Source of the DNA: a bacterium
GTDB taxonomy: Bacteria; Patescibacteriota; Minisyncoccia; Phycocordibacterales; UBA12079
Direction of reading: 5' to 3'
NCBI GenBank assembly: GCA_030641525.1
Contig: DAOWHH010000001.1
Location: 2,626-66,625, forward strand
DNA: 64,000 nt
Of this stretch, positions 31,040 through 41,022 are shown piece by piece. Both the position numbers and the translations under genes were made by a program. The first letter of the stretch is position 1; each line of letters begins with the position of its first letter. The notes under the pieces are model-generated. The model was not told the origin of the DNA. It saw only the letters and a list, made by a program, of their open reading frames with translations, and made no database searches.

Positions 31040-31103
31040 AATCACCCAACATCACTTTTGAGGAATAGAAATTTCTATTTCCCAAAAGTGATGTTGGGTG
31101 ATT
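31040..31103. terminator. Long near-perfect hairpin (terminator or palindromic element)
   Basis: aatcacccaacatcacttttg / caaaagtgatgttgggtgatt 21-bp arms plus inner stem. Confidence 0.7.
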
Positions 31104-31148
31104 TTTGGTTTTTATGTATTAATATATTTTTTGAAATCATATAATCAT

Positions 31149-31176
31149 TGACTTAATATTTAATTTTGGTAGTATA
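31149..31176 (+). promoter_or_regulatory. Promoter of the rpsS-led ribosomal operon
   Basis: TTGACT about 17 bp before a tagtat -10-like hexamer. Confidence 0.5.
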
Positions 31177-31221
31177 TAACAAGCTCCGATAGCTAAAGGA
31201 GTATTTATTTTTTATATTATT

Positions 31222-31551
31222 ATGACAAGATCACTTAAAAAAGGTCCTTATGTGGACGAAAAACTTTTGAAAAAGATAGAAGGTAAAAAACCAAAAGATG
31301 CTGGTGTTGTTAAGACTTGGGCAAGAGCTAGTCAAATATCTCCAGAAATGGTTGGTTGGACCTTTGGTGTTCACAATGGTAAAAACTTTATTGATGTTTT
31401 TGTAACGGAAGATATGGTAGGGCATCGTTTAGGTGAATTTTCTTCTACAAAGAAATTTATTAAACATGGAGGTAGAATGCAAAAAGAATTGGATCAAAAG
31501 AAAAAAGAAGCTGAAATAACAGCAGCTAAAGCAGCTAAAGCAGCAGCATAA
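31222..31551 (+). CDS. rpsS: 30S ribosomal protein S19
   Basis: [19 protein letters not shown]. Confidence 0.98.
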   Translation: MTRSLKKGPYVDEKLLKKIEGKKPKDAGVVKTWARASQISPEMVGWTFGVHNGKNFIDVFVTEDMVGHRLGEFSSTKKFIKHGGRMQKELDQKKKEAEITAAKAAKAAA

Positions 31552-31562
31552 TATTTTATTAT

Positions 31563-31997
31563 ATGGAAATAAAAGCAAGTATTAAAAATTATAGACAATC
31601 TCCAAGAAAGCTTCGTTTGATTGCTAATTTAATTCGTGGCAAAAAAGTTGATAGGGCGATTTCTGAACTTAATCATTTAAACAAAAAAGCATCAATTATT
31701 GTAAAAAAATTATTAGAATCAGCGTTAGCCAATGCTAAACATAATAATAATTTGAAAAAGGAAGATTTGTTTTTAAAAAAGATAGTGGTTGATAGCGGTC
31801 CATCTTTAAAAAGATTCAGGCCTGGAGCAAGAGGAGTGGCTTATCCTTATAAAAAAAGAACAAGTAATATTTCTGTTGTTTTAGGAGAAGATGTTAAAGA
31901 ACCTGAAAGAATTAAACCATCTGCCTCCACTAAAGGTTATGATGTGACAAAGAAAGATGAGAAAATTAAAACCATTAAAAAAGTAATTAAAAAATAA
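31563..31997 (+). CDS. rplV: 50S ribosomal protein L22
   Basis: QSPRKLRLIANLIRG, SALANA. Confidence 0.97.
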   Translation: MEIKASIKNYRQSPRKLRLIANLIRGKKVDRAISELNHLNKKASIIVKKLLESALANAKHNNNLKKEDLFLKKIVVDSGPSLKRFRPGARGVAYPYKKRTSNISVVLGEDVKEPERIKPSASTKGYDVTKKDEKIKTIKKVIKK

Positions 31998-32000
31998 TTT

Positions 32001-32657
32001 ATGACACATACTGTTCACCCTTATGCACATAGAATAGGAATACTGAGAGATTGGAAATCTCGTTGGTTTGGTTCGCGTAAAAAATATTCTGAATATTTAA
32101 AAGCAGATGTTTTAATTAGAGAATATTTAGAAAAAAAGCTCAGAAAATTTTATATTTCTTCTATTGAAACAGAGAGAAGTGAAAAATTATTTAGAATTAT
32201 TATTAAAACTTCTAGAGCAGGTATGTTAATTGGAAGAAGTGGTGAAGGGGTACAGAAATTAAAGGACGATATAATAGCCTTTATGGATAAAAATAATTTA
32301 ACTAAGTCAAAAGAATTGAAAGTTGATATTGAAGAGATAAGATACCCAGAAACAGATGCCGCTGTGGTAGGAATGATGGTAGCAGAAGCTCTTGAAAAGA
32401 GAATGCCTTTTAGAAGAGTATTAAAAATGACTGTTGAAAAAGTAGCTGCTAACAGAGATGTAAAAGGTGTAAAGATTTCAATATCAGGTCGTTTAGGAGG
32501 AGCTGAAATGGCAAGAAGAGAAGAATTAAAGAAAGGAGGAATTCCACTTCAAACTTTTAGAGCTGATATTGATTTTGCAAAAGAAAAAGCATATATGTCT
32601 TATGGAGTTATAGGTATTAAAGTGTGGATTTATAAAGGAGAGATATTCAAGAAGTAA
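32001..32657 (+). CDS. rpsC: 30S ribosomal protein S3
   Basis: SGRLGGAEMAR, IPLQTFRADID, GIKVWIYKG. Confidence 0.98.
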   Translation: MTHTVHPYAHRIGILRDWKSRWFGSRKKYSEYLKADVLIREYLEKKLRKFYISSIETERSEKLFRIIIKTSRAGMLIGRSGEGVQKLKDDIIAFMDKNNLTKSKELKVDIEEIRYPETDAAVVGMMVAEALEKRMPFRRVLKMTVEKVAANRDVKGVKISISGRLGGAEMARREELKKGGIPLQTFRADIDFAKEKAYMSYGVIGIKVWIYKGEIFKK

Positions 32658-32680
32658 AAAGTTTGTAAAGTGAAAAAATT

Positions 32681-33112
32681 ATGTTATTTCCCAAAAAAGC
32701 AAAACATAGAAAATGGCAAACAGGCCGAAAAAACCCAAAGAAAGTTGGGGTTGCTTCTCGTGGAAAAACAATAGCTTTTGGGTCTTTTGGTTTGAAATCA
32801 TTAACAGGAGCAAGAATTAAATCTAATCAAATTGAAGCTGCACGAAGAGCAGCTAAAAGGTATTTAGGAAAGGTAGGTACAGTTTATATCAGAATTTTTC
32901 CTGATAGACCTTTTACTTCTAAGCCAGCAGAGGTTAAAATGGGTAAAGGAAAAGGGGCACCGGAGGGGTATTGTGTACCTGTAAAACCTGGGTCAATGTT
33001 ATTTGAAGTGGATGGTGTGGATGAAAAAACAGCTAGAGAAGCTTTGAGAAAAGCTGGAACAAAATTACCTGTTAAGACAAAGATAGTTGATAGGGAAAAA
33101 ATAACTATTTAA
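32681..33112 (+). CDS. rplP: 50S ribosomal protein L16
   Basis: QIEAARR, IRIFPD, MGKGKG. Confidence 0.98.
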   Translation: MLFPKKAKHRKWQTGRKNPKKVGVASRGKTIAFGSFGLKSLTGARIKSNQIEAARRAAKRYLGKVGTVYIRIFPDRPFTSKPAEVKMGKGKGAPEGYCVPVKPGSMLFEVDGVDEKTAREALRKAGTKLPVKTKIVDREKITI

Positions 33113-33116
33113 TATT

Positions 33117-33317
33117 ATGGTGAAAAAAATTGATTTAAAAAAGAAAACAGAAAAAGATTTACATAAATCTTTATTAGAAAAAAGAGCTGAATTAAGAGAA
33201 TTTAGGTTTGCTTTATCTGGTAGTAAAATAAAGAATATTAAGAAAGCTAGAGCCTTAAGGAGAATGATTGCTCGTATATTAACAGAATTAAATTTTAGAG
33301 TAAGAAATACATCATAG
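33117..33317 (+). CDS. rpmC: 50S ribosomal protein L29
   Basis: ELREFRF...RRMIARILT; synteny. Confidence 0.93.
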   Translation: MVKKIDLKKKTEKDLHKSLLEKRAELREFRFALSGSKIKNIKKARALRRMIARILTELNFRVRNTS

Positions 33318-33320
33318 AAT

Positions 33321-33412
33321 TATGTGAAGCAAGCATATAATTCCATCGCTCGGACATAGTAAAAATAAATATTTAAAAATAATCATTTTTACTAGTCCTC
33401 ACTCGAAATTAT
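33321..33412 (+). repeat. ~90-bp structured element family, full copy between rpmC and rpsQ
   Basis: Near-identical to the reverse complement of 30027-30116; ends in the rpsQ start codon. Confidence 0.9.
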
Positions 33413-33686
33413 GAAATTATTTAAAAACAAAAAAGAAAATCAGAAGATTGATGATAAAAAAGGAAAAACTCTAAAAGGAGAGGTTGTTTCTAATAAAATG
33501 GAAAAAACACTTGTAGTTTTGGTAAAAAGATTTGTTAAACATCCTAAATATGGTAAATATAGAACAATCACAAAAAGATATAAAGCTCATTATGATGAGG
33601 GAGAGTATGAGATTGGAGATAAAGTAGAGATAAAGGAATGTAATCCTATTTCAAAAGATAAAAAATTTAAGATAGTTAAGAGTTAA
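33411..33686 (+). CDS. rpsQ: 30S ribosomal protein S17
   Basis: GEVVSNKMEKT, HPKYGK, PISKDK. Confidence 0.97.
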   Translation: MKLFKNKKENQKIDDKKGKTLKGEVVSNKMEKTLVVLVKRFVKHPKYGKYRTITKRYKAHYDEGEYEIGDKVEIKECNPISKDKKFKIVKS

Positions 33687-33752
33687 AGGTTTTTAGTCTT
33701 TAGTAAAGAAAATTGCAAAGTGATTTTCTATCTATAAACTAATATTAATATT

Positions 33753-34124
33753 ATGATTCAACCACAAACAATAGTTAAAATAACGGACAATTCAGGAGCT
33801 AAGACTGGTAGAGTTTTTAAAGTTTTAGGTTCTTCCAAAAAGAGATATGCTCGAATAGGAGATTTGGTTGTTTTGTCTGTTCAAACAGCTGAACCTAGAA
33901 AACAGGTTAAGAAGAAGGATGTTTTAAGAGCTGTGGTGGTGAGAACTAAACAAAAACAAAGAAGAAAAGATGGATCATATATTAGTTTTGACGATAACGC
34001 AGTTGTTATAGTTGAAAAAGGAAAGAAAGAACCAATAGCAGGAAGAATTTTTGGACCTATTCCTAGAGAAATTGCTGATTTAGGTTATCAAAAAGTTATT
34101 TCTTTAGCTCCTGAGGTTATATAA
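33753..34124 (+). CDS. rplN: 50S ribosomal protein L14
   Basis: DNSGAK, FDDNAVV, SLAPEV. Confidence 0.98.
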   Translation: MIQPQTIVKITDNSGAKTGRVFKVLGSSKKRYARIGDLVVLSVQTAEPRKQVKKKDVLRAVVVRTKQKQRRKDGSYISFDDNAVVIVEKGKKEPIAGRIFGPIPREIADLGYQKVISLAPEVI

Positions 34125-34131
34125 GAAAATC

Positions 34132-34419
34132 ATGAAAATCAAAAAAAACGACAATGTAAAAATAATTGCGGGGAAAGATAAAGGTAAAACTGGGAAAATT
34201 TTGCGTGCTTTTCCTAAATTAGATAAAGTTTTAGTTGAGGGTATTAATAAGAAGAAAAAGAACCAGAAATCTACACGAAAAGGTCAAAAAGGACAGATTA
34301 TTGAAAAAGAATTTCCAATTCATGTTTCTAATGTGGCTTTGGCAGGTTCTAAAACCAAAAAGATTACTAAGGTTGGAGAAAAGGTAGCGAAAGTCAAGGA
34401 AATTAAAACTACTAAATAA
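34132..34419 (+). CDS. rplX: 50S ribosomal protein L24
   Basis: IAGKDKGKTG, PIHVSNV. Confidence 0.97.
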   Translation: MKIKKNDNVKIIAGKDKGKTGKILRAFPKLDKVLVEGINKKKKNQKSTRKGQKGQIIEKEFPIHVSNVALAGSKTKKITKVGEKVAKVKEIKTTK

Positions 34420-34424
34420 ATTAC

Positions 34425-34976
34425 ATGAATATTAAAGAGAAACAAAAGAATACATTTGATGTTTTAAAAACTGATTTTGGTTACAAAAACAAAATGCAAG
34501 CTCCTAAATTAGAAAAGGTTGTTTTGAGTGTGGGAGTTGGTTCTTCATCTGTTGATAAGAAAAGAATTGAATTAATAGAAGATAGATTAACGAAAATAGC
34601 AGGACAAAAACCAGCTCATAGAAAAGCGCGAAAATCTATTGCAGCTTTTAAATTAAGAGAGGGGGAAAAGGTAGGTTATCAAGTGACTTTAAGAGGTGAT
34701 AGGATGTTTGGTTTTTTGGATAAGTTTATAGATATAGCTTTACCTCGAACAAAAGATTTCAGAGGGTTAACTATTAAATCAATTGATGAAATGGGGAATG
34801 CTACTCTAGGAATTAAGGAGCATATTATTTTCCCAGAAACATCGGATGAGGAATTAAGAGATGTATTCGGTATGTCTATATCAATTGTGACATCAGCTAA
34901 TGATAAAAAAGAAGCAGAAGCTTTTTTACGACATCTGGGATTTCCTTTTAAAAAGGAAGAAGAAGCTAAAAAATAA
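34425..34976 (+). CDS. rplE: 50S ribosomal protein L5
   Basis: IAGQKP, FKLREG, ALPRTKDFRG. Confidence 0.98.
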   Translation: MNIKEKQKNTFDVLKTDFGYKNKMQAPKLEKVVLSVGVGSSSVDKKRIELIEDRLTKIAGQKPAHRKARKSIAAFKLREGEKVGYQVTLRGDRMFGFLDKFIDIALPRTKDFRGLTIKSIDEMGNATLGIKEHIIFPETSDEELRDVFGMSISIVTSANDKKEAEAFLRHLGFPFKKEEEAKK

Positions 34977-35002
34977 ATTTTAAATAAAGTTAATATAAAT
35001 AG

Positions 35003-35030
35003 AAAACAGCTGTAAAATAGCTGTTTTTTT
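35003..35030 (+). terminator. Terminator after rplE (operon break)
   Basis: aaaacagct-gtaaaat-agctgtttt followed by T-run; TTGACT promoter-like sequence near 35090. Confidence 0.7.
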
Positions 35031-35163
35031 ATTTGTATTCTGAGGTTTAATTTTGAAATAAAAAAAAACGAACAAAAATCAACATTTAATTGACTTTAAT
35101 AGGTGTTTTTGATAGGATTAACGAAGTTATCCGCTATAAGGCGGTATTAATTTATAGATAAAA

Positions 35164-35349
35164 ATGGCAAAAAAATCAGTTATAGCAAGAGCAAATAAAG
35201 AACCTAAATTTTCTTCAAGAATAGTGAGAAGATGTTTTAGATGTGGTAGAAAAAGGGGTTATATGCGTCAATTCGATTTATGTAGAATATGTTTTAGAGA
35301 ATTAGCAAATGAAGGAAAAATTCCGGGTATTAAAAAATCATCTTGGTAG
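35164..35349 (+). CDS. rpsN: 30S ribosomal protein S14, Zn-binding type
   Basis: RCFRCGR...LCRICFRE. Confidence 0.98.
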   Translation: MAKKSVIARANKEPKFSSRIVRRCFRCGRKRGYMRQFDLCRICFRELANEGKIPGIKKSSW

Positions 35350-35463
35350 ATAATTAGTTTATGGCTGATTAGCTGGCTAGCTTCTTAGGAGAAAAATCGC
35401 AGAGCGATTTTTCCTCTAATAAGCTAATTAGCTAGCAAGCTAAAAAGCTAAAATTAAATAATT

Positions 35464-35859
35464 ATGTCTAGAGATATAGTATCAGAATTAATAATTGGCA
35501 TTAAAAATGCAGGTATGGCAGGTAATGAAACTGTTCGTTTTCCTTATTCTGAATTAAAAGCTACTATTGCTGATATTTTAAAAAAAGAGGGATATATAGA
35601 TTCTTTTTCAAAAATTGGTAAAACTCCTAAAAGAAAATTGGAAATAGGAATAGCGTATAAAGATAAAAATACTCCTAAAATTAGAGATATTGTAAGAGTT
35701 TCAAAATTATCTAAAAGAATTTATTTTGGTAATAAAGATATCAAGAGAGTTAAGGGTGGTTATGGAAAATTAATCGTATCTACATCCAAAGGAGTTATGA
35801 CGGGAGATAAAGCTAGAAAGGAAGGAATTGGGGGTGAGCCGTTATTTAAAGTTTGGTAA
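35464..35859 (+). CDS. rpsH: 30S ribosomal protein S8
   Basis: LKKEGYI, VSTSKGVMT, GGE. Confidence 0.97.
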   Translation: MSRDIVSELIIGIKNAGMAGNETVRFPYSELKATIADILKKEGYIDSFSKIGKTPKRKLEIGIAYKDKNTPKIRDIVRVSKLSKRIYFGNKDIKRVKGGYGKLIVSTSKGVMTGDKARKEGIGGEPLFKVW

Positions 35860-35862
35860 TAT

Positions 35863-35950
35863 TATATGAAGTAAGCATATAATTACATCGTTCGGGTTAT
35901 ATAAAAATAATATTAAAATAATCTTTTTATAAATCCTCACTTGAAATTAT
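35863..35950 (+). repeat. ~90-bp structured element family, diverged copy between rpsH and rplF
   Basis: tatatgaagtaagcatataattacatcgttcggg...atcctcacttgaaattat; ends in the rplF start codon. Confidence 0.85.
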
Positions 35951-36482
35951 GAGTAGAATAGGACAACAACAATTGGAAATTCCAGCAAATACCGAAATTA
36001 ATTTGGTTGATAATTTTGTGGTAGTAAAAGGTCCCTTAGGGGAATTAAAAAGAGAATTAAGACCAGAAATAAAAGTTGAGATAAAAGATTCAATTGTTTC
36101 GGTTAACCCTACAAACAAATCTCCTTTTGCAAAAGCTCTTTGGGGAACTTTTGCATCACATATTTTAAATATGATAAAAGGAGTGAATACTCCTTACGAA
36201 AAGAAATTAATTCTTGAAGGTGTAGGATTTAAATCAGAGATTAAGGGTGATAAGTTGGTTTTAAGTTTAGGATTTTCTCATTTAGTTGAGATAAATATTC
36301 CTAAGGATCTGAAAGTGACAGCTGAAAAGAATAATATTTCAGTATCAGGAATTGATAAAGAATTAGTTGGTCAATTTGCTGCTAAAATAAGAGCCAAGAA
36401 AAAAGCTGAACCATATAAAGGTAAAGGTTTTAGGTATCATGATGAGGTAGTACGCAGAAAGCAAGGTAAGAAGAATGTTTAG
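35949..36482 (+). CDS. rplF: 50S ribosomal protein L6
   Basis: MSRIG, KGPLGEL, EPYKGKG. Confidence 0.98.
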   Translation: MSRIGQQQLEIPANTEINLVDNFVVVKGPLGELKRELRPEIKVEIKDSIVSVNPTNKSPFAKALWGTFASHILNMIKGVNTPYEKKLILEGVGFKSEIKGDKLVLSLGFSHLVEINIPKDLKVTAEKNNISVSGIDKELVGQFAAKIRAKKKAEPYKGKGFRYHDEVVRRKQGKKNV

Positions 36483-36512
36483 ATATAAAGTAGAGGCAAT
36501 AACAAAGTTTTT

Positions 36513-36866
36513 ATGAAAGATAAGAATAAAATCAAAAAGGAAAATAGAGAAAGAAGGCACAAGAGAGTTCGTGCTAAGGTTTTTGGTACATCTAAAAAAC
36601 CTCGTTTATGTGTTTTTAAATCAAACAAATATATTTATGCTCAAATTATTGATGATGAGAAAGGTAAGACATTAACATCTTCTTCAAGTTTAAAAATGAA
36701 AGAGAATGCATTACTTGAAAAGGCGGGTAAAATAGGTGAAGATATCGCCAAAAAAGCAGAAGATTTGAAGATCAAAGAAGTTGTATTTGATAGAGGTGGA
36801 TATATTTTTACCGGTAGAGTAAAAGCTTTAGTTGAAGGAGTTAAAAAAGGTGGTTTAAAATTTTAA
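36513..36866 (+). CDS. rplR: 50S ribosomal protein L18
   Basis: PRLCVFKSNKYIYAQIIDD, VVFDRGG. Confidence 0.98.
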   Translation: MKDKNKIKKENRERRHKRVRAKVFGTSKKPRLCVFKSNKYIYAQIIDDEKGKTLTSSSSLKMKENALLEKAGKIGEDIAKKAEDLKIKEVVFDRGGYIFTGRVKALVEGVKKGGLKF

Positions 36867-36875
36867 TATAATAAG

Positions 36876-37616
36876 ATGGTAGAAAAAGAAAATAAAAAAG
36901 AAGATATTAAATCTCAAAATGAGAATGAAAAAAATACACAGAAAGAAGCTGTGAAGGAATTTTCTGAAAGAGAAATTTCGGAGGTTGAGAATACTGAAGT
37001 ATCAAAAGTAGACGAGAAAAAGGGAAGTGAATCTACGATAGACGAGAAAGCTATAGCGAGTGAATCCTCATCTGTTAAGGCTACTGTGGTAAATAAAGTT
37101 ACGGTGGATGAAGGAAAAAAACCTTTTAAGAAAAATTTTAATCCTAGAAAAAGGAGTAGGTTTATTAAACCTAAATCAGAATTTGATCAAAAGATAATTA
37201 AAATAAGAAGAGTTACTCGTGTGATGTCAGGAGGAAGAAGATTTAGTTTTAGTGTGGCTATAGTATTAGGAAATAGAAAAGGAAAGATTGGTGTAGGTAT
37301 TGCTAAGGCTGGTGATACAGCATTAGCGATAGAAAAAGCTGTAAAAAATGCTAAAAAAAATATGGTTCAACTTAAATTAACTAATAATAACTCTATTTCT
37401 TATGAACTTTCAAAAAAATACTGTGCTTCTGTAATTAAGCTTATTCCTACGAAAGAAGGGAAAGGATTGAGCGCTGGTAGTGCTGTTAAAACTATTCTTG
37501 AATTAGCAGGTATTACTGATGTGTCTGGAAAGATTATGACTAGGAGTAAAAATAAATTAAATATTGCTAGAGCAACAGTTGGAGCTTTAGAAGATTTTAA
37601 AATCACTGGTAAATAA
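36876..37616 (+). CDS. rpsE: 30S ribosomal protein S5 with ~100-aa N-terminal extension
   Basis: RRVTRVMSGGRRFSF, LELAGITD. Confidence 0.97.
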   Translation: MVEKENKKEDIKSQNENEKNTQKEAVKEFSEREISEVENTEVSKVDEKKGSESTIDEKAIASESSSVKATVVNKVTVDEGKKPFKKNFNPRKRSRFIKPKSEFDQKIIKIRRVTRVMSGGRRFSFSVAIVLGNRKGKIGVGIAKAGDTALAIEKAVKNAKKNMVQLKLTNNNSISYELSKKYCASVIKLIPTKEGKGLSAGSAVKTILELAGITDVSGKIMTRSKNKLNIARATVGALEDFKITGK

Positions 37617-37622
37617 AACATT

Positions 37623-38054
37623 ATGCAACTTCATCAATTAAAAAGAAAAAATTCAAATAAGAAGAGTGTTTCTGTTGGACGAGGTGGTAAGAGAGGTAAA
37701 ACTTCTGGTAGGGGGCATAAGGGTCAAAATGCTAGGGCAGGAACTAGCAAAAGACCTGAAATGAGGGAAATTATAAAAAAATTACCTAAGAAAAGAGGTT
37801 ATCGTTTTAAGTCTTTCCAAGAAAGACCAGAGATTGTTAATTTATCTTTGATTGAAAATAATTTTTCTAACGGGGAAGAAGTGTCTCCAAAGACTTTATT
37901 ACAAAAATCTTTAATTAGAAAGAAAAGGAATAAAATTCCTGCAATAAAAATTCTTGCAAAAGGGGATATAAGCAAGAAAGTAATAATTTCTGATTGTTTG
38001 TTTTCTCAAACTGTAAAAGATAAGGTAGAAAAAATTGGCGGTAAACTTCAATAA
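37623..38054 (+). CDS. rplO: 50S ribosomal protein L15
   Basis: VGRGGKRGKTSGRGHKGQNAR. Confidence 0.97.
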   Translation: MQLHQLKRKNSNKKSVSVGRGGKRGKTSGRGHKGQNARAGTSKRPEMREIIKKLPKKRGYRFKSFQERPEIVNLSLIENNFSNGEEVSPKTLLQKSLIRKKRNKIPAIKILAKGDISKKVIISDCLFSQTVKDKVEKIGGKLQ

Positions 38055-38063
38055 ATTTTTGAT

Positions 38064-39332
38064 ATGAATTTTGCAAGAAAATTTAAATTAATTGTTCAAG
38101 ACAAGAAATTGAGAAATAAAATTCTTTTTGTTTTGTTTGCCTTGATAATTTTTAGAGTGTTTGCCTCTATCCCTATTCCTGGGGTTGATGTTGCTCGTTT
38201 AAATGAATTTTTCTCTAATAATCAATTTTTAGGACTTTTGAATATGTTCTCTGGAGGAGGTTTAGCTAATTTATCTATTGTGATGCTTGGTGTTTCTCCA
38301 TATATTACAGGATCGATTATTATGCAATTACTGACAATGATGATTCCTAAATTGAAGCAAATGTATCACGAGGAAGGGGAAGCGGGAAGGAAAAAATTTA
38401 GTCAATATTCTAGGCTTTTGACAGTTCCTTTGGCATTTGTCCAAGGTTTTGGTTTTTTGAAATTATTACAAAGTCAGGGTGTAGTGAATACATTGGGTGG
38501 TTTTGAATTATTGACCAATATAATCGTGATTGTAGCTGGTTCAATATTACTTATGTGGATTGGGGAATTGATTACAGAATACGGTATAGGAAATGGAGTT
38601 TCTCTTTTGATTTTTGCAGGTATTGTGGCTGGTTTACCAACCGCTATTAGTCAATTATATATTGCTTTTGAACCATCACAAATTCCGATGTATGTAGCTT
38701 TTGTTGGAGTAGCAGTTGCTATTATTTATGCAATAGTAGTTGTAACGGAAGCAGAAAGACCGATTCCTATTCATTACGCAAGACAGGTACGTGGATCTAA
38801 AGTTTATGGAGGAGTTTCTACTTACTTACCTCTAAGAGTAAATCAAGCAGGTGTTATCCCAATTATTTTTGCAATGTCTATCTTATTATTTCCACAAATG
38901 ATTTTAAATTTTTTGGTTAATGTTGACATTAATATGATTAGAACTGTATCTGATTTCATTCTTGGTATATTATCTAATAGTTGGTTTTATGCTGTATCTT
39001 ATTTTATTCTAGTCTTCTTTTTTACATACTTTTATACAGCTATTACTTTTGATCCAGATTCAATTTCAACTAACTTACAAAAGAGTGGAGCTTTTATTCC
39101 AGGAGTTCGTCCAGGTAAATCAACCTCTGAATATTTAGGAAAAGTATTGACTAGAATTACTTTAGTTGGAGCAACCTTTCTTGGAGTAATAGCGGTTTTA
39201 CCTTTGACTATGCAGGCCGTGACAGGTGTGACGGCTTTAGCCATAGGAGGAACAGCACTTTTGATTGTTGTTTCTGTGGTACTTGATTTAGTTAAAAAAG
39301 TCGATGCTCAAATTTCGATGAGAGAATATTAA
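38064..39332 (+). CDS. secY: Preprotein translocase subunit SecY
   Basis: LGVSPYITGSIIMQL, GIGNGVSL, IPGVRPG, GGTALLI. Confidence 0.99.
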   Translation: MNFARKFKLIVQDKKLRNKILFVLFALIIFRVFASIPIPGVDVARLNEFFSNNQFLGLLNMFSGGGLANLSIVMLGVSPYITGSIIMQLLTMMIPKLKQMYHEEGEAGRKKFSQYSRLLTVPLAFVQGFGFLKLLQSQGVVNTLGGFELLTNIIVIVAGSILLMWIGELITEYGIGNGVSLLIFAGIVAGLPTAISQLYIAFEPSQIPMYVAFVGVAVAIIYAIVVVTEAERPIPIHYARQVRGSKVYGGVSTYLPLRVNQAGVIPIIFAMSILLFPQMILNFLVNVDINMIRTVSDFILGILSNSWFYAVSYFILVFFFTYFYTAITFDPDSISTNLQKSGAFIPGVRPGKSTSEYLGKVLTRITLVGATFLGVIAVLPLTMQAVTGVTALAIGGTALLIVVSVVLDLVKKVDAQISMREY

Positions 39333-39413
39333 GTCGAAAGTCTATAAAGTTCATAAAGTCGAAAGTCAAAGATTTGCTTCGCAAATTTTTCTTTGTTAAT
39401 TTATAATAATAGT

Positions 39414-40013
39414 ATGGAAAAACAAGCATATATATTCATAGGTCGTTCGGGGTGTGGTAAAGGAACTCAGGTTGATTTATTAATGGACTTTTTAAGAAAA
39501 GACCCGAATAAGAAAATTTTAGAAGTAGAAACAGGAAGTCAATTTCGTGAGTTTATTAATGGTGAAGACTATTCAAATAAAATAGCCAAGGAAATCGGTT
39601 CACAGGGAAAATTACAACCAATGTTTTTGACTGTTTGGATTTGGGCAGCTTCTTTGGTTGAAAATTTAAAAGGAGGTGAGGATCTTATTTTTGACGGTAC
39701 ACCTAGAAAAAAAGATGAAGCAGATGTGTTAGATTCAGTTTTTGGGTTTTATGATTATGAAAAACCAAAAATTATTTATATCAATGTTTCTCGTGAATGG
39801 GCAACCGAAAGATTATTGGCAAGAAAAGAAAAAGAAGGAAGAAAGGACGACGAAATAGAAAAAATAAATATAAGACAAGATTGGTTTGATACAGATGTAA
39901 TGGAGACTATTGATTGGTATAAAGCTAATTCTAATTATAAATTTTTAGATATAAAAGGAGAGCAATCTATTGAAGATGTTCATCAGGAAATTATGAATAA
40001 ATTGGGTGAATAA
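39414..40013 (+). CDS. adk: Adenylate kinase family (short LID)
   Basis: GRSGCGKGTQ, FDGTPR; secY-adk-map synteny; ATG at 39414. Confidence 0.9.
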   Translation: MEKQAYIFIGRSGCGKGTQVDLLMDFLRKDPNKKILEVETGSQFREFINGEDYSNKIAKEIGSQGKLQPMFLTVWIWAASLVENLKGGEDLIFDGTPRKKDEADVLDSVFGFYDYEKPKIIYINVSREWATERLLARKEKEGRKDDEIEKINIRQDWFDTDVMETIDWYKANSNYKFLDIKGEQSIEDVHQEIMNKLGE

Positions 40014-40021
40014 TTTTTGTC

Positions 40022-40789
40022 GTGTTACCAAATATCTATACAAAAGAAGAAATAGAGATTTTAAGAGAAGGCGGTAAAAGGCTTAATTTTATTTTGCATG
40101 AGGTAGCAGAACATGTCAGAGAAGATGTAACACCTGATGAATTAAATAAAATTGCTAAAGATTTAATCAAAGAGGGTGGAGATCAAGCTTCTTTTTTGAA
40201 TTACACTGTGGAAGGTCAAAGACCTTATCCATCAGCTTTATGTGTATCTATTAATGATGAGGCAGTTCATGGTTTATCAAAAGATAATTTCAGAAAATTA
40301 CAGGAAGGAGATATTGTGAATATTGATTTGGGTTTAACTCATAAAGGTCTTGTGACGGACAAAACTTTGATGTTAGGGGTGGGTAAATTAAAATCAGAAG
40401 ATATTAACTTAATTGAAACTACCAAATTAGCTTTAGAAGCTGGTATTGAAGAAATTAAAGCTGGTAAAACAACAGGAGATATTGGAAATGCTATCGAAAA
40501 AATTGTTAAAAAAAGAGGTTTTAATGTCGTTAAAGAATTGGGTGGGCATGGAGTTGGTCATAATGTTCATGAAGAACCTTTTGTGCCTAATTACGGAAAA
40601 AAAGGAGATGGAGATATTTTAAAGGAAGGAATGGTCTTGGCCCTTGAGCCAATTGTGACATCAGGAAGTGGTAAAATTTATACAGCTGAAGATGGACATA
40701 CTTACAAATCTGAAGATGGGAAAAATGTAGCCCAATGGGAAGATACAGTGTTGGTGACTAAAAGTGGCTTTGAAATTTTAACAAGATGA
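40022..40789 (+). CDS. map: Methionine aminopeptidase type I
   Basis: SINDEAVHG, GHGVG..VHEEP, ALEPI. Confidence 0.96.
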   Translation: MLPNIYTKEEIEILREGGKRLNFILHEVAEHVREDVTPDELNKIAKDLIKEGGDQASFLNYTVEGQRPYPSALCVSINDEAVHGLSKDNFRKLQEGDIVNIDLGLTHKGLVTDKTLMLGVGKLKSEDINLIETTKLALEAGIEEIKAGKTTGDIGNAIEKIVKKRGFNVVKELGGHGVGHNVHEEPFVPNYGKKGDGDILKEGMVLALEPIVTSGSGKIYTAEDGHTYKSEDGKNVAQWEDTVLVTKSGFEILTR

Positions 40790-40913
40790 AAATAAACCCA
40801 AACTTGGCACATTTCTTCGTCAGCTTCGGAAAAATTATTTTCACCTTACCATCAGTAAGGCTCAAAAAATTTTTCCCCGCTTTCTCGAACTGTACTCAAG
40901 TTTGGGTTTATTT
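40790..40913. repeat. ~120-bp palindromic element family, copy 2
   Basis: 16-bp terminal IR aaataaacccaaactt/aagtttgggtttattt; inner hairpin ccttac-catca-gtaagg. Confidence 0.85.
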
Positions 40914-41022
40914 AAAAAATTTGAGAAAAAGTAGATACATAATAATAAAGCTATTAATTTAAATAATTTTATGTATAATTGAATTCAAAATAATTATTAA
41001 ATAATATAAGATAAATAAAAAG

